A DNA stretch of 64,000 nt from assembly GCA_965242865.1 (NCBI GenBank), contig CBDETK010000013.1, positions 3,840,001-3,904,000 on the forward strand, written 5' to 3'. Positions 22,850 to 33,001 of this stretch are shown piece by piece. This DNA is from Candidatus Latescibacterota bacterium (lineage in GTDB: Bacteria > Latescibacterota > UBA2968 > UBA8231). The first letter of the stretch is position 1, and the number at the start of each line of letters is the position of its first letter. The translations under genes were made by a program, and so were the position numbers. Below the pieces are notes generated by a model that ran no database searches, was not told the origin of the DNA, and saw only the letters and a list, made by a program, of their open reading frames with translations.

Positions 22850-23381
22850 ATGCGCGAGTTCACTTGTGATGCGCTCCTCGAATGGTACGCCTTGCTCCAA
22901 CAAAATGTGCGCGACCTCGGCGACGAACAGTTTGAATCTTTCACCCCGACTGAGTGCGACGAGTTACGTGCGGATCTGCTTGAGGAGATACGCAAGGACT
23001 ACGCCTTCAAGCTCCTTACGCTCTTGGAGGCAGGTATCCGAGAGGATTTTCTCGCATCTCTACAACAAAAAAAGCGCGACAGAGTAAGCAGAGCGTATCG
23101 CGAGTTGTGTGAAGAATATCGCCGCGAGACGCGTCTAAGTTGGCAAGCAGGCTACTCAGGCGTGTAGGCGGGTTCCCATTGAGCGGATCTTCGACACGTT
23201 ACGAGACTGTTTCAGCGACATTGACGAGGCGTTTCGGAGGGTTTGCTCGGTGACCAAGGGATACTTCGGGTTTCGGAATTGGTATGCACACGGTCGGCTT
23301 CGCACAATGCCGGTTGTTCCAGATCCGGAGGACGTATATGAGGCGTACGAGCAGTTTCAGGAGAAGGTGCTGAATCGATAA
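22850..23381 (+). pseudogene. Frameshifted HEPN-like (RxxxxH) protein
   Basis: ORF 22850-23167 continues in the +1 frame (shift between 23139 and 23165) as ...RRVPIERIFD...FRNWYAHGR...VLNR, stop at 23379-23381. Confidence 0.7.
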
Positions 23382-23474
23382 CTGTCATCAACTCCGTGGC
23401 GAGATGGTGATACAGCAGTCCTAAATAACTTGAACGCATGGAATGTTCATCGGCCCTGTTTTTTGCATAGAGGT

Positions 23475-23501
23475 GTCATTCCCACGAACGCGGGAATCCA
23501 G
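23475..23501 (+). repeat. REP/dRS3-like palindrome GTCATTCCC-N-GGGAATCCAG, copy 1
   Basis: GTCATTCCCACGAACGCGGGAATCCAG; inverted copy at 63470-63496. Confidence 0.7.
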
Positions 23502-23634
23502 TCTTGGGCTCGCCGATGCTCACGCGGCTCTCGACAATGCCGTTGCCAGAGCCTATGCTTGGAAAATAGACATTTCCGAAGATGAAACGTTGAAGAAACT
23601 ACTAGCGATGAACGAAGTAGAAAACATCGCTTAA
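23500..23634 (+). pseudogene. C-terminal remnant resembling MmeI-like type II restriction-modification enzymes
   Basis: LADAHAALDNAVARAYAW...ETLKKLLAMN resembles the usual C-terminus of these methyltransferases; rest of gene absent. Confidence 0.55.
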
Positions 23635-23718
23635 TTGCAAAATTTGAAAAATCTATGCTACTATCACTAGTAGCGTCAATCGTTTTGAGATACTTTGGGA
23701 ATCATCTAATAGGCCGCT

Positions 23719-24616
23719 ATGCAGACCAACGACCCAATCCCATTTGCAGCATTCGCCCGATTCGAGCGGCTCACCGCCGAGAAGCCGCTGCTGTACTGCG
23801 ATCCCCCCGCGTGGGCGGCTGCCAGTCACGCCATCGTCGTGGGCAGCACCGTGCATTATCTGTGGGCCAAAAAGGGAGGGGACAATAGCTGGGTACACAT
23901 GCACAGCTCTGCGCCAGTCGCCGATCCTATAGCGGTTACGCACGACCCGCGCAATCCCATACTCCGGCCTTCCGCCGATGATTTCGACAATCAAGGAGTG
24001 GAATACCCATTCCCGTTCTGGAATCCCGCCGACCAGTGCTACTACGCATATTATCTAGGCAGCCAAGGCAAGGGCAAGCCCCGCCGCAAACAGACCGGCC
24101 TACTAGTCAGTAACGGCGATTTAGGGGCGTGGACGCGGATTGGGAATGAACCGATAGTTGCAGTCGGCGGCGCACACGAGCAACACGGCTCTTCCCATCC
24201 ATCCGTGGCCGTGTCGGGCAATGTCATTCACATGGTTTATACCGGCGAGTCGCCAGCCCCTCCTGAACGGCGCGATATTCTCTACAACGTGCCGACCATC
24301 TGTCACGCCACCGCACCAACCAGCGATCCGGCGAAAGTCACCAAGAATCCCGCCAATCCCGTATTCAGCGGATCGGGGCAGGCATGGGACCGCTATGGCG
24401 TACGCGAAGCCGAAATCCTCAAAGGACCGAGCTACTTCCACCTGTTCTACGGAGGGTACGACGGCGAAGTCTGGGCTATTGGACATGTCCGTACGCGCGA
24501 CTTCCACACCTTCGAACCCAACCCACACAACCCAATCTTCACGCCTGCGACCAATGCCGATGCTTGGGATTGCGATGGCCTCCTAACCCCTCAGGTGTTC
24601 GCAATGAATGGGACCT
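23719..24616 (+). pseudogene. Five-bladed beta-propeller glycoside-hydrolase-like gene, 5' part (interrupted)
   Basis: Repeated blades (HDPRNPILRP..FD..GVEYP; NPANPVF..G..WD..GVREA; NPHNPIF.P...WD..GLLTPQV); stops mid-blade at the insertion; 3' part at 35963-36051. Confidence 0.8.
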
Positions 24617-25845
24617 GATTCCTGTGCGCCGAGAAGCCGATGTGGGCGAGAGCGGCCAGCAAGACGAGGCACGCCAGACCGTAGCGAATGGTGGCGCTCC
24701 GACCCGCCGCCTCGATGGACAGGAACCGGTCTAGCAGCAACACCGCCGTCACCAGCAGCGGCACATACACCGGCAGTAGGTAGCGGCTGTCGATGACCTG
24801 TTTAACCGCGAGGGGTACGACAGCGACGATGAATCCGAGGTAGGCTAGGGCGAACACCCCGAATGGGAGCACCGGCCCCAACCCCAAGCGCGGCGACGCA
24901 GTCCGCTCCGTTGCCCCTCCATCCGTCCCGCCAAGCCGAGACCCAACGACGACCGCTCCCGCTGCCATCACCAGCCCGGCCGCAGTCCACAGGAGAAAAC
25001 TAAACCCGTCCGGCGCATTCGGGGGAATCGCCCATTCCCGGAATACATCTACCACTTGGCTCAGTGACTCGGACAGGGACTGCTCCGACCCGCCTTTCCT
25101 CGCGGTCAGGCTCCCGGAGACCGCCCAGTTGCGCGTCATCACCCCCGCGAGGGGCAAGGATGAGATGGCCCCAAATACAACGGCGTCTTTCAACCGGGCG
25201 GCCAGCGGCGGTTTGCGCCGCACCAGCAACAGCAGGACGCCGATGCCGATCAGCACCACGCCCGGGTAGCGGGTCAGCGCGACCAGCGCGGTGCAAACCG
25301 CCGCCAGCAGGGGCGTCCTCCCGCCGCGATGCAGGAAGGACGCCCATTGGATCAAGGCGAGGAGCGTAAACAGGGCGAAGAGGGGATCGTTCCTGACCTC
25401 TGACGCCCAATGGCTCAAGGGCAGGGAGGCTGCGATAGTCGCGGTGGCGGCTAGTGCCAGTCCCCGCGACCGGAGATGCGAGCGCAGATAGAGGCCGGCT
25501 GCCAAGATGGTCAGCCCGAAGGCGGTGGCGTTGACCCACCGACTCGCCGCTACCGGATCGAGGCCAACCCACCCCAAGGCCGCTAGCAGCAAGGGGAACA
25601 AGGGCGGGGAAAACACCATTGGGTTGCCCCAGAAATCCTGCCAGCCCTCTCCTGCGAGGAAGTTCATGGCCGTGGACAGAAAAATTACAGAGTCGTACAT
25701 GACCTTCGCGCCGTAGGTGGCGGTGCGGACGGGTGCCCAGCCCGGCGAGGACGACGATGAGCAGCGCGAAGGGGTCGCGCCGCAACCGGGCGATCCGCTT
25801 GAATGCAGAGCACTTCACTGTGGAGAGGGTAAATCGCTTCGCCAT
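24617..25845 (-). pseudogene. GT-C-fold (ArnT/PMT-like) membrane glycosyltransferase paralog GT1, 5' half
   Basis: Starts MAKRFTLS; 11-bp deletion (gcccacatcct vs paralogs) near 25731 shifts the frame; ends at ...GFSAHRN at the left junction. Confidence 0.8.
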
Positions 25846-25848
25846 AGT

Positions 25849-27840
25849 TCAATCCCCGGCCGGCGAAAACGCCGCGTCCCAGAGGGTGCGGTTCCCGTTG
25901 GCAATCCATTGGCCGACTCGGATGCGGCCGATGGGGTAGCCGGGCAGTGGGGCGGTCGCGATACACTGGTCGCCGACCCGGAGACCGCGCCGGTCGAAAT
26001 AGAAGCCGAGGTTGTCGTAGTCGTACCGCCTGCGGGGCTCTGACAGGTCTGCCGGGCGTGCTAGGTCTTCCGGGTCGGCGGGGGTGACGTGCAAAACGAA
26101 CTTCGCCTGCACATCGGCGCGGGTGCAGGGCTCTTTGAAGTAGATCAGCTTGCGCCCCTTGCGGTACACATCCCAGCCGGCGCGAACCACCGGATCGCCA
26201 GCCTGTTGGATGAGTTGCTCCGCGTAGCGTTGTTTGCAGGCGCGATGCCGGTCCGCATCAAAGGGTTCGGCCGTCGTTACGCGGAACACAACGCCATCGG
26301 ATAGCTCGGCCACGGTTTCCACGCCGGGCAGGCAGCGGATGTCCAAGGCGTCGTAGTTGTACCAAGACTTTTCAGCCAGGAGCCAAACGATATGTGCGCC
26401 GTCGCCCTTGGTCTTCCGCATTATGCGCGGTATCAACTGGTGAATCTCGTCTGAGAGATACTGGTGCTTTCTCGGGGCGCGGGTCCGATCCCACAACCAA
26501 GTAATTGTGGGGTTGTTGCTGAAAACCCTGCCATCGTTGAGGTGGGTCCTGATGTAACTTAGGGTATCAGAAGGGTCTCGGTAGGAGCGATCGAACATCC
26601 AGCTTTTGAGCCCGACCCTCCATGCTTTGGCGGTAATGCGGAGATGCTGGTGCGCCGAGTAGCCGCCGTGGACGAGGACGGCCAGCAGGACGAGGGACCC
26701 CAGCCCGTAGCGGACAGCCGACGCGACGCCTGCGATGGACAGGAACCGGTCCAGCAAGAACACCGCTGTCAACAACAACGGTATATGCACCGGCAGCAGG
26801 TAGCGGCTGTTGATTTCCTGCTCAACCATGAAGGGCACGATGGCGACCATGAATCCGAGGTAAGCTAGGGCGAATACCCCGAATGGGAGTGCCGGTCCCA
26901 GCCGATCCTTCCCGCTTAGGCCGAAGCCGCGACCTGACGCAACGATGACCGCGGCGCCGGCCAGCCCGACTGCGGCGACCGCCAACCACAGCAGGTACGC
27001 CACCCCATCCGGCGCGTTCGGAGGGACGACCCACTCGCCGAACACCTCGGCGATCTGGTGCAGCCCAGCGGATAGAGACTGCCCGGACGCGCCCTGCCTC
27101 CCGGTCAGAGTCCCGGAGACCGCCCAGTTGTGCGTCAGTGTTCCCCCGAGGGGAAAAGATGAGATGGAGCCAAATGCGATGGCGTCTTTCAACCGGGCGG
27201 CCAGCCGCGGAGCGCGCCGCACCAGCAGCAGCAGGACGCCGGTGCCGATCAGGGCCACGCCCGGATAGCGGGTCAGCGCGGCCAGCGCGGTAAAAACCGC
27301 ACCTAACAGCAGGGGCGTCCGCCCGCCGCGATGCAGGAAGGATGCCAACTGGATCAAGGCGAGGAGCGTAAACAGAGCGAAGAGGGAGTCGGTCATGAGG
27401 CTCGACGCGAGCTCGCTCAAGGGCAGGGAAGCCGCGATGGTCGCGGTGGCGATCAGCACCAACTCCCGCGACCGGAGATTCGTGTGCAGCCAGCACCCCG
27501 CAACGAGGATGGTCAGCCCGAAGGCGGTGGCGTTGACCCACCGACCTGCCTCCAGCGGATCAATGCCCACCCAACCGCCAGCCGCCAGCAGCAGGGGGAA
27601 CAACGGCGGCCATACTACCGACGGTGAGCCCATGGAATCCCGCCAGCCCTCGCCGGCGAGGAAGTTCATGGCCGTGGATATAAAAAATGAGGAGGCGTGT
27701 GGATCGACCGCCACGCCGTAGGTGGCGGTGCGGGCGAGGATGTACGCGGTGCCCAGTCCGGCGAGGACGACGATGAGCAGCGCGAAGGGGTCGCACCCGA
27801 ACCGGGCGATCCGCGGCCTTTTTTTATCTATAGTACTCAA
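25849..27840 (-). CDS. GT-C-fold membrane glycosyltransferase paralog GT2
   Basis: Many TM helices; WPPLFPLLLA, TDSLF, LTRYPG, SRYLLP; soluble C-terminal domain (FVLHVTPADP...DNLGF...RIRVGQW). Confidence 0.8.
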   Translation of the reverse strand: MSTIDKKRPRIARFGCDPFALLIVVLAGLGTAYILARTATYGVAVDPHASSFFISTAMNFLAGEGWRDSMGSPSVVWPPLFPLLLAAGGWVGIDPLEAGRWVNATAFGLTILVAGCWLHTNLRSRELVLIATATIAASLPLSELASSLMTDSLFALFTLLALIQLASFLHRGGRTPLLLGAVFTALAALTRYPGVALIGTGVLLLLVRRAPRLAARLKDAIAFGSISSFPLGGTLTHNWAVSGTLTGRQGASGQSLSAGLHQIAEVFGEWVVPPNAPDGVAYLLWLAVAAVGLAGAAVIVASGRGFGLSGKDRLGPALPFGVFALAYLGFMVAIVPFMVEQEINSRYLLPVHIPLLLTAVFLLDRFLSIAGVASAVRYGLGSLVLLAVLVHGGYSAHQHLRITAKAWRVGLKSWMFDRSYRDPSDTLSYIRTHLNDGRVFSNNPTITWLWDRTRAPRKHQYLSDEIHQLIPRIMRKTKGDGAHIVWLLAEKSWYNYDALDIRCLPGVETVAELSDGVVFRVTTAEPFDADRHRACKQRYAEQLIQQAGDPVVRAGWDVYRKGRKLIYFKEPCTRADVQAKFVLHVTPADPEDLARPADLSEPRRRYDYDNLGFYFDRRGLRVGDQCIATAPLPGYPIGRIRVGQWIANGNRTLWDAAFSPAGD

Positions 27841-27883
27841 TCAAGATACGATATGGCCGGGCCGATCAATCCCAAGGAATAGC

Positions 27884-28102
27884 TCATTCGCTTAGTTCGG
27901 GATTGAGTACAGAAAGCCCTGCTAAGGTGGCGGTCTGACAGAAGGGGCTATCAGCGCAAACAAAATAATCGAGCGGTGTATGACTATTGACGTCAAGAGC
28001 AACGGCAAGCTGAAGAGCATCTAAGGTCCGCAAATTTTCGGTGAAAGCATAACGGGCGAGAAGTCGAACAGCTTGGTTCTGGTATGTGCGCTTATCGTCC
28101 AT
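27884..28102 (-). pseudogene. Truncated VapC/PIN toxin (C-terminal half only)
   Basis: LRTLDALQLAVAL...FVCAD...GLSVLNP is a PIN C-terminus; the N-terminal acidic motif (D-T-S type) is missing. Confidence 0.7.
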
Positions 28103-28400
28103 CTCGTTCTTCACTCACGATCTTTGCCATAGCCCCCTTAAACTTAGCTGTGATTCTGAGCACTTCCTCCATTGAGGTCGGAGCCTCTGTGTCATCGGCA
28201 CTTGCTCGATTCCATTCCAATCCCCACAAGTCGTCCTCGTGAAGGTCATCCAACAGCTTCTGAGACCGGTCCGGTTTTTGGAGTTGCCTTTCAATCCTTC
28301 GTTTGACTTCCGTCAGCGTGTCAGGAGGCAGGTTGCAGAGAGTGTCAATGAGGTCTTTGAGGGGCAGATTAACTTCGACGTTTTTGTCAATGCTAGTCAT
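28092..28400 (-). CDS. Putative antitoxin
   Basis: 102 aa, GGAGG RBS, ends IVSEERDGR, overlaps the PIN gene. Confidence 0.6.
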   Translation of the reverse strand: MTSIDKNVEVNLPLKDLIDTLCNLPPDTLTEVKRRIERQLQKPDRSQKLLDDLHEDDLWGLEWNRASADDTEAPTSMEEVLRITAKFKGAMAKIVSEERDGR

Positions 28401-28515
28401 TTTATTCCTCCAAGGAGAGGGTCGTTTTCATGGGATGCTCCTGTTATATAGGTCAAATGATAATATACTTGATGCGGTGATGTAAAGAACGGCTCGGCGA
28501 GTAGGATGTCCTGTA

Positions 28516-30580
28516 TCACCGGCTCGGCGAAAACGCTGCGTCCCAGAGGGTGCGGTTCTCTTTGGCAATCCACTGGCCGACCCGGATGCGGTCAATGAGA
28601 TAGTTGGGCAGATGCGCGATCGCGATACACTGGTCGCCGCGCCGAATGCCGCGCCAGTTGAAATGAAAGCCGAGGTTGTCAAAGCCGTACCGCTGGCGGG
28701 AGCGCGAAAGGCCGCCCGGGTCGGCCGGGGTGACGTGCAAAACGAACTTCGCCTGTACGTCGTCGGAAGCACACGGCTGTTTGAGGTACGTCAGCCTGTG
28801 GCCGTTGCGGTACACGTCCCAGCCGGAGCGGACGACCCGCTCGCCGACCTGGGCGAGGAGTCGCTCCACGTAGCGTTGTTTGCAGGTGCGATGCCGGTCT
28901 GCGTCGAACGGTTCGGTCGCCGCGGTCGTTAGGCGGAACACCACCCCGTCGGATAGCTCGGCCACGGGTTCCACGCCGGGCAGGCAGCGGAGGTCCAAGG
29001 CGTCGTAGGCGTAAGAAGGCTTTTGATGCTGGAGCCAAACGATATGTGAGTTGGTGCTATCGGTTCTCCGCATTATGTGCGGCATCACCCTGTGAATCCT
29101 GCCTTGTGGGAGAGGCTGGTGCTTTCCCAAGGCGGCGGTCCGGTCCCAAAACCAAGTAAGGAAGACGTTGTTGGTATAAACCCTGCCCTCATTGAGGTTG
29201 GTTCTGATGTACTTCAGGGTCTCGGAAGGTTCCCAATAGGGGCTATTGTACATCCAGTCTTTGACCCCGGCTCTCCATGCTTGGTGGGTAATGCGGAGAT
29301 TTCTATGCACCGAGAAGCCGGTGTGGGCGAGGGCACCTAGCAAGACGAGGGACACCAGCCTCCCCTTGGCGATGGCCATCCGACCCGTAGTCTCGATGGA
29401 CAGGAACCGATCCAGCAGCAACGCCACGACCACCAGCAGCGGCACATACACCGGCAGCAGATAGCGGCTGTCGATTTTCTGAGCAACCGTGAAGGGCACG
29501 ACAGCGACCAGGAATACGGGGTAGGCTACGGCGAATACCCCGAATGGGATAGCCGGCTCCAAACGGGAATACGCCGGTGCGGCCTCTAGGTCCTGCCTGC
29601 GACCAGCGCGGTGCATTCGGGTGGCGCGTAGGACGACCGTCGCGCCGGCCAGCCCGACTCCCCCGACCGCCAGCCACAGCAGATACGCCAATCCATCCGG
29701 CGCGTTCCGCGGGACGACCCACGCACCGAACACCTCAACGATCTGGCTCAGCCCAGCGGATAGGGACTGCCCCGAAGAAAAAATTGCTCTTTTCCCTGTT
29801 GCATCGGTTAGGTTCCCGGTGACCGCCCAGTTGTGCGCCAATACTCCCAGCAAGGGCAGGGACGAGATCGCGCCAAAGACGACGGTATGCTTCAGCCGGG
29901 CGAGCGGGAGCAGCAGGAGGACGCCGACGCCGATCAGGGCCCCGCCCGGCCAGCGAGTCACCGCGGCCAGTGCGGTGAAAACCGCCGCCCACAGCCAGGG
30001 CGTCCGCCCGCCGCGATGCAGGAAGGCCGCCCATTGGATCAAGGCGAGGAGCGTAAACAGAATGAAGAGGGGATCGGTCCTGAAGTTCGCTGCGAGATCG
30101 CTCAAGGGCAGGGAAGCTGCAATGGTCGCGGTGGCGGCCAACCCCAACAGCCGCGACCGGAGATGCGAGTGCAGCCAGCACCCCGCGACGAGGGTGGTCA
30201 GCCCGAAGGCCGTGGCGTTGATCCACCGACCGGCCGCAAACGGCTCGATGCCAAGCCAACCGAGGGCCGCCAGCAGTAGGGGGAACAAGGGCGGCCAAAG
30301 CACCAGCGGTTTGCCCCGGAGATCCTGCCAACCCTCGCCGGCGAGGAAGTTTATGGCCGTGGAGAGAAGAAGGGAGGCGTCCCAGCCGACCGCGGCGCCG
30401 TAGGTGGCGGTGCGGACGAGGATGTGGGCGGTGCCCAGCCCGGCGAGGACGACGATGAGCAGCGCGAAGGGGTCGCACCAGAACCGGGCGATCCACTCGA
30501 ATGCGGAGCATTTTGCCGCAAAGAGGGTAAATCTCCCCCCCCCCCCCCCCAATCCTCATAAATTTATTAAAAACAATCAC
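28516..30580 (-). CDS. GT-C-fold glycosyltransferase paralog GT3, out of frame at a G16 tract (phase OFF?)
   Basis: GTG ATT GTT...ATG AGG ATT + G16 + AGA TTT; G15 or G18 would be in frame; body 28516-30552 intact. Confidence 0.78.
30535..30550 (-). repeat. Poly-G tract (G16) at the 5' end of GT3
   Basis: C16 on + strand. Confidence 0.9.
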
Positions 30581-30583
30581 TTA
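30559..30583. promoter_or_regulatory. 25-bp AT-rich pseudo-palindrome, site 1
   Basis: Minus strand TAAGTGATTG-TTTTT-AATAAATTTA. Confidence 0.6.
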
Positions 30584-30743
30584 TGACTTTATTCTTAGTA
30601 TAATGGTCAGGGAGCGCCACGGCCTTTTTTTGCCCATAGTACTCAACTCAATCAAGATACCCTCATTCCTGTTATATAGGTCAAATGATAATATGCTTGA
30701 TGCGGCGATGTAAAGAACGGCTCGGCGAGTAGGATGTCCTGTA

Positions 30744-32873
30744 TCACCGACCCGGCGAAAACTCTGCGTCCCAGACGGTGCGGTTCCCATTGGCAATCCA
30801 CTGGCCGACCCGGATGCGGCCGATGGCGTAGGCGGGCAGCTCAACGACCGCGATACACTGGTCAGCCACCCGCATGCGGTGCCGCCGGCGGAGCCAGTCG
30901 AAATGGAAGCCGAGGCTGTCAAAGCCGTACCGCCGGCGGGCGATGGGCAAGACGCTCGGGTCGGCCGGGGTGACGTGCAAAATGAACTTCGCCTGCACAT
31001 CGGCGGGGGCACACGGCTTTTTGAAGTAGGTCAGCTTGCGCCCGTTGCGGTACACGTCCCAACCGGCGCGAACCACCCGCTCGCCCGCCTGTGCGAGGAG
31101 TTGCGCCACGTAGTGTTCTTCGGCGCGTTGTTTCTGGACGCGATGCCGGTCCGCATCAAACGGTTCGGTCGCCGCCGTTTCGGTCGTTACGCGGAATACC
31201 ACGCCATCGGACAACTTGACCACCACCTCCACGCCGGGCAGCAAGCGGAGGTCGAGGTCGTTGTAGTCAAAATACACAGTTCGATAGCTGTTTTTGAGCC
31301 AGACGATATAGACTTTGTCTTCGCCTCGTTTGCTCCACTTTCCGGCCTGCCGCGTCCAATAGCGTAGCTCAAAGGGAAGAACCCGATGTGTTCTAAAAGC
31401 GGCGGTCCGGTCAGCAAACCAGAGGAGGAAATGGTCGTTGGTGTACATCTTGCTATCGCTAAGGTGGTCCCGGATGTAATTCAGGGTCGCGGAATGTTGC
31501 CGATAGGCGACGTTGAAAGACCCGTCGTTGAGGTATCCGGCCAATGATTGGGCGGTAAGACGGAGGTTTTTTTGCGCCGAGAAGCCGATGTGGGCGAGGA
31601 CCCCCAGCAAGACGAGGGACACCAGACCCCACTTGGCCACGGCCACCCGCCCCACAACTTCAATGGACAGGAATCGGTCTAACAGTAACACCGCCGCCAA
31701 CAGCAGCGGCATATACACCGGCAGCAGGTAACGGTCGGGTATCTTGAGGGGGATCACGAGTGGCACGATGGCGACGATGAATAGGAGATAGGCTAAGGCG
31801 AACGTTCCGAATGGGAGTGCCGGCCCCAACCCTAAAGACAGCACCCCCTTTCTCCAGCCAGCCACAACGACAGCGCAGATTGCCACAACAACCAGCCAGA
31901 TCGTCGCCCACAGAAGAGAACCGAACCAGTCCGGGGTGCCCAACCCGGTCGCTGTCCATAGGAGATAACCAAACCCGTCCAGCGCGTCCTGGGGCATCGC
32001 CCATTCCCGGAAGACCTCCCCCACTTGGCTCAGCGCATCGGACAGGGACTGCCCCGACCCTTTTCCCGGCCCGGTCAGGTGCCCATAGAGGGTCCCAGAA
32101 ATAACCCAGTTGTGCGTCATCACCCCCGCGAGGGGTACGGACGAGATGGCCCCAAATACGACAGTGTGCTTCAATCGGGCGGCCAGCGACGGGGTGCGAC
32201 GGACCAACAGCATGAGGACGCCGAAGCCGATCAGCACCACGCCCGGGTAGCGGGTCAGCGCGGCCAGTGCGGTAAAAACCGCGCCCCACAGCAGGGGCGT
32301 CCGCTCGCCGCGCTGCAGGAAGGCCGCTAACTGGATCAAGGCGAGGAGCGTCAACAGGACGAAGAGGGAGTCGGTCATGAGGCGCGACGCGAGCTCGCTC
32401 AAGGGCAGGGCAACCGCGATGGTTGCGCCGGCGGCCACTGCCAGCCATCGCGCCCGGAGATTCGAGCGCAGATAGCCCCCCGCGGCGAGGATGGTCAGCC
32501 CAAAGGCGGTGGCGTTGATCCACCGACCCGCGGCCAGCGGCTCAATGCCAACCCAACCGCCAGCCGCCAGCAGCAGAGGGAACAAAGGTGCCCATTCCAC
32601 CAGCGGGCGGCCCCAGGCATCCCGCCAGCCCTCTCCTGCGAGGAAGTTCAGCGCCGTAGATAGGAAAACTAGGGAGTCCATTTCTACCGACGGGCCGTAG
32701 GGGGCGGTGCGGATGAGAATGTGGGCGGTGCCTAGCCCAGCGAGGACGACGATGAGCAGCGCGAAGGGATCGCGCCCGAACCGGGCGATCCACTCGAATG
32801 CGGAGCATTTTGCCGCAGAGAGGGTAAATCTCCCTCCCTCCCTAATTCTCATAAATTTGTTAAAAATAATCAC
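30744..32873 (-). CDS. GT-C-fold glycosyltransferase paralog GT4 (in frame; interrupted G tract AGGGAGGGAGGG)
   Basis: 709-aa ORF with the same motifs as the paralogs. Confidence 0.8.
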   Translation of the reverse strand: MIIFNKFMRIREGGRFTLSAAKCSAFEWIARFGRDPFALLIVVLAGLGTAHILIRTAPYGPSVEMDSLVFLSTALNFLAGEGWRDAWGRPLVEWAPLFPLLLAAGGWVGIEPLAAGRWINATAFGLTILAAGGYLRSNLRARWLAVAAGATIAVALPLSELASRLMTDSLFVLLTLLALIQLAAFLQRGERTPLLWGAVFTALAALTRYPGVVLIGFGVLMLLVRRTPSLAARLKHTVVFGAISSVPLAGVMTHNWVISGTLYGHLTGPGKGSGQSLSDALSQVGEVFREWAMPQDALDGFGYLLWTATGLGTPDWFGSLLWATIWLVVVAICAVVVAGWRKGVLSLGLGPALPFGTFALAYLLFIVAIVPLVIPLKIPDRYLLPVYMPLLLAAVLLLDRFLSIEVVGRVAVAKWGLVSLVLLGVLAHIGFSAQKNLRLTAQSLAGYLNDGSFNVAYRQHSATLNYIRDHLSDSKMYTNDHFLLWFADRTAAFRTHRVLPFELRYWTRQAGKWSKRGEDKVYIVWLKNSYRTVYFDYNDLDLRLLPGVEVVVKLSDGVVFRVTTETAATEPFDADRHRVQKQRAEEHYVAQLLAQAGERVVRAGWDVYRNGRKLTYFKKPCAPADVQAKFILHVTPADPSVLPIARRRYGFDSLGFHFDWLRRRHRMRVADQCIAVVELPAYAIGRIRVGQWIANGNRTVWDAEFSPGR

Positions 32874-32876
32874 TTA
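32852..32876. promoter_or_regulatory. 25-bp AT-rich pseudo-palindrome, site 2
   Basis: Minus strand TAAGTGATTA-TTTTT-AACAAATTTA. Confidence 0.6.
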
Positions 32877-33001
32877 TGTCGTCTTCTTAGTGTAGTAGTC
32901 AAGTGCGCCACGGCCTTTTTTACCCATAGTACTCAATTGAGGTCGCTCATGGGCCTAGACGAGGAGGTCGGCGCGTCCCTTCAGCGGTGGGGCGGCGGCC
33001 A

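Noticed and set aside
30559-30583. 25-bp motif as a chromosomal dif site
   Set aside because: Spacing is 10-5-10 rather than 11-6-11, it does not match the XerD arm TTATGTTAAAT, and there are five copies.
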